From: the human T2T-CHM13v2.0 reference genome, Homo sapiens
NCBI RefSeq assembly: GCF_009914755.1
Contig: NC_060927.1
Length of the DNA stretch: 64,000 nt
Strand: one strand, 5' to 3'
Shown here: piece after piece, positions 59,689 through 64,000 of the stretch
How positions within the stretch are numbered: the stretch's first letter is position 1
How the letters are laid out: each line of letters begins with the position of its first letter
Position numbers and translations under genes: made by a program
The notes under the pieces: model-generated
Told to the model about the DNA's origin: nothing
Seen by the model: only the letters and a program-made list of their open reading frames with translations
The model's database searches: none

Positions 59689-60560
59689 CAGAATCAAAGC
59701 CAGAAGTCCATACCTGCCCTTCTTGCCCTCTGGCCTTTGGCAGTCAGCAGTTCCTCAGCCAAGATGAGCTACACAATCATCCTATTCCAGGTTTCCATGC
59801 AGGAAATCAACTCCACCCAGGAAATCCCTGCCCAGAGGATCAGCCACAGTCACAACATCCTTCTGATAAAAATCACAGGGGGGCTGAAGCAGAAGATCAA
59901 CGAGTGGAAGGAGGCGTCAGACCCTTGTTTTGGAGTACAAATGAAAGGGGGGCTTTAGTGGGTTTCTCTAGCCTGTTCCAGAGACCACCAATAAGCTCTT
60001 GGGGAGGCAACAGAATATTAGAGATACAGCTCAGTCCAGCCCAGAATGCAAGCTCTGAGGAAGTAGACAGAATTTCCAAGAGGGCAGAAACCCCAGGGTT
60101 TGGAGCAGTCAGGTTTGGGGAGTGTGCACTAGCTTTTAACCAGAAGTCAAACCTGTTCAGACAGAAGGCAGTCACAGCAGAAAAATCTTCAGACAAAAGG
60201 CAGTCACAGGTGTGCAGGGAGTGTGGGCGAGGCTTTAGCAGGAAGTCACAGCTCATCATACACCAGAGGACACACACAGGAGAAAAGCCTTATGTCTGCG
60301 GAGAGTGTGGGCGAGGCTTTATAGTTGAGTCAGTCCTCCGCAACCACCTGAGTACACACTCCGGGGAGAAACCTTATGTGTGCAGCCATTGTGGGCGAGG
60401 CTTTAGCTGCAAGCCATACCTCATCAGACATCAGAGGACACACACAAGGGAGAAATCGTTTATGTGCACAGTGTGTGGGCGAGGCTTTCGTGAAAAGTCA
60501 GAGCTCATTAAGCACCAGAGAATTCACACGGGGGATAAGCCTTATGTGTGCAGAGATTGA
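59689..60560 (+). CDS. ZNF589: ZNF589 last coding exon: spacer + 4 complete C2H2 fingers, stop in finger 5
   Basis: (A)ESKPEVHTCPSCPLAF...YVCRD*; spliced CDS 43+53+127+872 = 1095 nt = 364 aa. Confidence 0.95.
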
Positions 60561-61556
60561 GGCCGAGGCTTTGTAAGGAGATCATGTCTCAACACACACC
60601 AGAGGATACATTCAGATGAGAAGCCTTTTGTTTGCAGAGAGTGTGGGCGAGGCTTTCGTGCTAAATCAACTCTCCTCCTACACCAGTGGACACATTCAGA
60701 GGTGAAACCTCACGTGTGTGAGGAGTGTGGGCATGGATTTAGCCAGAAGTCGTCGCTCAAATCACATCGGAGAACACACTCAGGGGAGAAGCCTTATGTG
60801 TGTGGGGAATGTGGGCGGGGATTTAGCCGGAGGATAGTCCTCAATGGACACTGGAGGACACACACGGGAGAGAAGCCTTACACGTGCTTTGAGTGTGGGC
60901 GAAACTTTAGCCTCAAGTCCGCTCTTAGTGTACATCAGAGGATACACTCTGGGGAGAAGCCTTATGCATGCACGGAGTGTGGGCAAGGCTTTATCACGAA
61001 ATCACAGCTCATCAGACACCAGAGGACACACACAGGAGAAAAGCCTTATGTCTGCGGAGAGTGTGGGCGAGGCTTTATAGCTCAGTCAACCCTCCACTAC
61101 CACCGGAGTACACACTCCAAGGAAAAACCTTATGTGTGCAGCCAGTGTGGGCGAGGCTTTTGTGATAAATCAACTCTCCTCGCACACGAGCAGACACATT
61201 CAGGGGAGAAGCCTTATGTGTGTGGGGAATGTGGGCGGGGATTTGGCCGGAAGATACTCCTCAACAGACACTGGAGGACACACACAGGAGAGAAACCTTA
61301 CGCATGCATCGAGTGTGGGCGAAACTTTAGCCACAAGTCCACTCTCAGCTTACATCAGAGGATACACTCGGGGGAGAAGCCTTATGCATGCGTGGAGTGT
61401 GGGCAAAGCTTTAGGAGAAAGTCACAGCTCATCATACACCAGAAGATACACTCGGGGAAAAGCTTTAGAGGTGCAAGGAGTGAGGATGTGATTTTAGCAA
61501 CAAGTCAGCCATCAGCCACACCAGCGGAAATGCTTAGGGAGAAGCCTTGTTTGTAA
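60561..61556 (+). other. ZNF589: In-frame zinc-finger array beyond the ZNF589 stop (rest of finger 5 + fingers 6-15)
   Basis: Uninterrupted frame continues [17 protein letters not shown]..; ORF 60702-61556 is in the same frame; ten CxxC-x12-HxxxH units; frameshifted finger remnants to ~61630. Confidence 0.93.
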
Positions 61557-62679
61557 GGTAATGTGGACAGAGCTGTACGTGGACATCATTACTTGTCACG
61601 TGTCAGAGGACACACTCGGGAGAAACCTTCATGGAGTGAGAGTAAGGTGTTGGCTGGAAGTGGCCCCTTAAGAGATACTTGGAGTCAAATCTATCCACTG
61701 TACGCCCACCCCACTCTTGTTCTAAGAGCTTTGGGGACAGTCTTTTGACCCCTTACATTCCTTTAGATGTGAAGATGACAGAGATCTAACTTCTGAGAGC
61801 AGAGGTGTCAAGTGACGGTCCCCTTGGAGGAATGGTCTTTGCATCTGACTACTTCCTTCTGCAACTGTGTTCTTCCATTAGCTTCCATGACACTCTCCTG
61901 CTTTATTTTTTTCTACATCTCTAGCCTTTGCTGTTTCCTCTCCTACCCCACCTTTAGATTTTACTCAGAGTTCAGTCTCCAGCCCTACAATCTGAGGGAC
62001 ACCTTTACCAGGTCCCCTTCCTAACCCTCCAGTCCCAAATCCAAGATTCTTTAACCACACTCTAAAAGTTCTTCAGACTCAGGACTTAAACATAGCCACG
62101 CCACCTTGGCCTTCAATGACAGGGATCTAGCAATGCTGCATCATCAGCCTTCCAATACCAGGTTTAAGGGTATTTTAAACACAGCTCCTCTTAAATCCTC
62201 CAATCTCAGTACCCAGTGTTTTAGCCATGCTCGGGTGGCTAAATTACATCCAGGAATGGTGCCAGGGCCTTTAGCCATTTGTCTCTCCTCACACTCCAGG
62301 GCCCATATGGCCCAGGTTCTGACAGTTTGCCTTACTCCCTTGGCCTGGGGCTAGCCCTACCTGATACCCTGTGTCAATGAGTGTACCTTGGAGAGCTATC
62401 CACTCAGGCCCCAGTGCCTCTATTTGCTAAGGGACTCTGCCACAGAAAAGAAGGGGAGAGATGTTCATGTAACCTCAAAATACTTAGGCTTGGTTTTGAT
62501 GCTAGAGAGGAAGAAGGACTTGGAGAGAGAGAAGGAATGGCTGGTCCAGAGGCTTTTGTCCACTCCCTCTCACTGGAAGTGGTTGATCTCCAGGGAATCC
62601 CCAAGGTTAGCCTGCTTAGGGGAAGGGCTAGGGGTACCTGGAATGTAGGATCTCCCCCATGCCTGGCCTACCACCCTAA

Positions 62680-64000
62680 TGTGTCCGGAATTGGTGGGTT
62701 CTTGGTCTTGCTGACTTCAAGAATGAAGCCGTGGACCCTCACGGTGAGTGTTACAATTCTTAAACATGGTGTGTCTGGAGTTTGTTCCTTCTGATGTTCG
62801 GACGTGTCCAGAGTTTCTAACTTCTGGTGGGTTTGTGGTCTCGCTTAGGAGTGAAGCTGCAGACCTTAGCAGTGTTACGGCTCTTAAAGGCAGCGCATCT
62901 GGAGTTGTTAGTTCCTTCCGGTGGGTTCGTGGTCTTGCTGGCTTCAGGAGTGAAGCTGCGGACCTTTGCGGTTAGTGTTACAGCTCTTAAAGGCGGCGCG
63001 GACCCAAAGAGTGACCAGCAGGAAGATTTATTGTGAAGAGTGAAAAAACAAAGCTTCCACAGCATGGAAGGGGACCTGAGTGGCTTGCCGCTGCTGGCTC
63101 GGGTAGCCTGCTTTTATCCCCTTATCCGGCCCCACCCACATCCTGCTGATTGGTCCATTTTACAGAGAGCATATTGGTCCGTTTTGACAGGGTGCTGATT
63201 GGTGCATTTACAATCCCTGAGCTAGACACAGAGTGCTGATTGGTGCATTTACAAGCCTCTAGCTAGACAAAAATTTTCCAAGTCCCCACTAGATTAGCTA
63301 GACACGCGTTTACAAACCTTTAGCTAGACACAGTGCTGATTGGTGCGTTTACAATCCTTTAGCTAGACACAAGTTCTCCAAGTCCCCGCTAGATTAGCTA
63401 GACACAGAGCACTGATTGGTGTGTTTACAAACCTTGAGCTAGACACAGAGTGCTGATTGGTGCATTTACAATCCTCTAGCTAGACATAAAAGTTTTCCAA
63501 GTCCCCACCAGGTTAGTTAGATACAGAGTGCTGATTGGTGCATCCACAAACCCCGAGCTAGACAGAGAGTGCTGCTTGGTGCATATACAATCCTCCAGCT
63601 AGACAAAAGTTCTCCAAGACCCCACCCAACTCAGGAGCCCAGCTGACTTCCCCTAGTGGATCCCGCACTGGGGCTGTGGGTGGAGCTGCCTGCTAGTCCT
63701 GCGCCTCACACCTGCACACCTCAGCCCTTGGGCGGTCGATGGGACGGGCAGCGCCTGTCGGGGAGTCTCGGGCTGCATGCGAGCCCATGGCGGTCGGGGG
63801 TGGCTTGGGCATGGCAGGCCGCAGGTCCCAAGCCCTGCCTCATGGGGAGGCGGCTGAGGCCCGGTGAGAATTCAAGTGCGGCGTGGGCAGGCTGTCAGTG
63901 CTGGGGGACCCGGTGCACCCTCTGCAGCTGCTGGCCCGGGTGCTAAGCCCCTTAATGCCTGGGGCCTGTGGTGCCGGCCGGCCGCTCCGAGTGTGGGGGC
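62680..64000 (-). mobile_element. LTR12C-like (HERV9) LTR, antisense, running past the window end
   Basis: TGTGTCCGGAATTGGTGGGTTCTTGGTC terminus, repeated GAGCTAGACACAGAGTGCTGATTGGTG (CCAAT/NF-Y) units, GC-rich U3. Confidence 0.9.

Noticed and set aside
60558-60560. TGA at a Cys position as a selenocysteine codon
   Set aside because: No SECIS element could be identified by eye, and KRAB-ZNFs are not known selenoproteins; a simple nonsense mutation is more parsimonious
63140-63620. Regularly spaced ~40-bp repeats superficially like a CRISPR array
   Set aside because: Internal tandem repeats of the LTR12 U3 region in a mammalian genome; no unique spacers and no cas genes

Overview
Human-type, Alu-dense genomic DNA that I recognise as the CAMP-ZNF589 locus (3p21.31); the assignment rests on recognising the encoded proteins, not on a database search. 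It holds two + strand protein-coding genes. CAMP has 4 exons and encodes hCAP18/LL-37, with an Alu-derived DR3 vitamin D element upstream. ZNF589/SZF1 has 4 coding exons, KRAB-A plus C2H2 fingers, 364 aa. Also present: a composite SVA_F1 (MAST2-SVA) insertion with 5' and 3' transductions inside one 16-bp TSD, a processed MRPS18A pseudogene, a decayed ERVL provirus, solo LTRs (LTR2, LTR8, LTR9-like, MER61-like, LTR12C-like), L1/L2 and DNA-transposon fragments, and many Alus. Most short ORFs in the track are Alu/SVA artefacts. Most notable: (1) a 349-bp genomic copy of the ZNF589 KRAB-A exon with its intact splice acceptor 9,653 bp upstream of the real exon, which could yield a KRAB-only 72-aa product; (2) a Cys-to-TGA stop in finger 5 of ZNF589 followed by ten intact in-frame fingers; (3) a perfect 24-bp hairpin with a template-switch signature upstream of CAMP; (4) the multi-locus SVA_F1 with a 402-bp higher-order VNTR repeat. 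Repeat boundaries and subfamily names are by-eye estimates.
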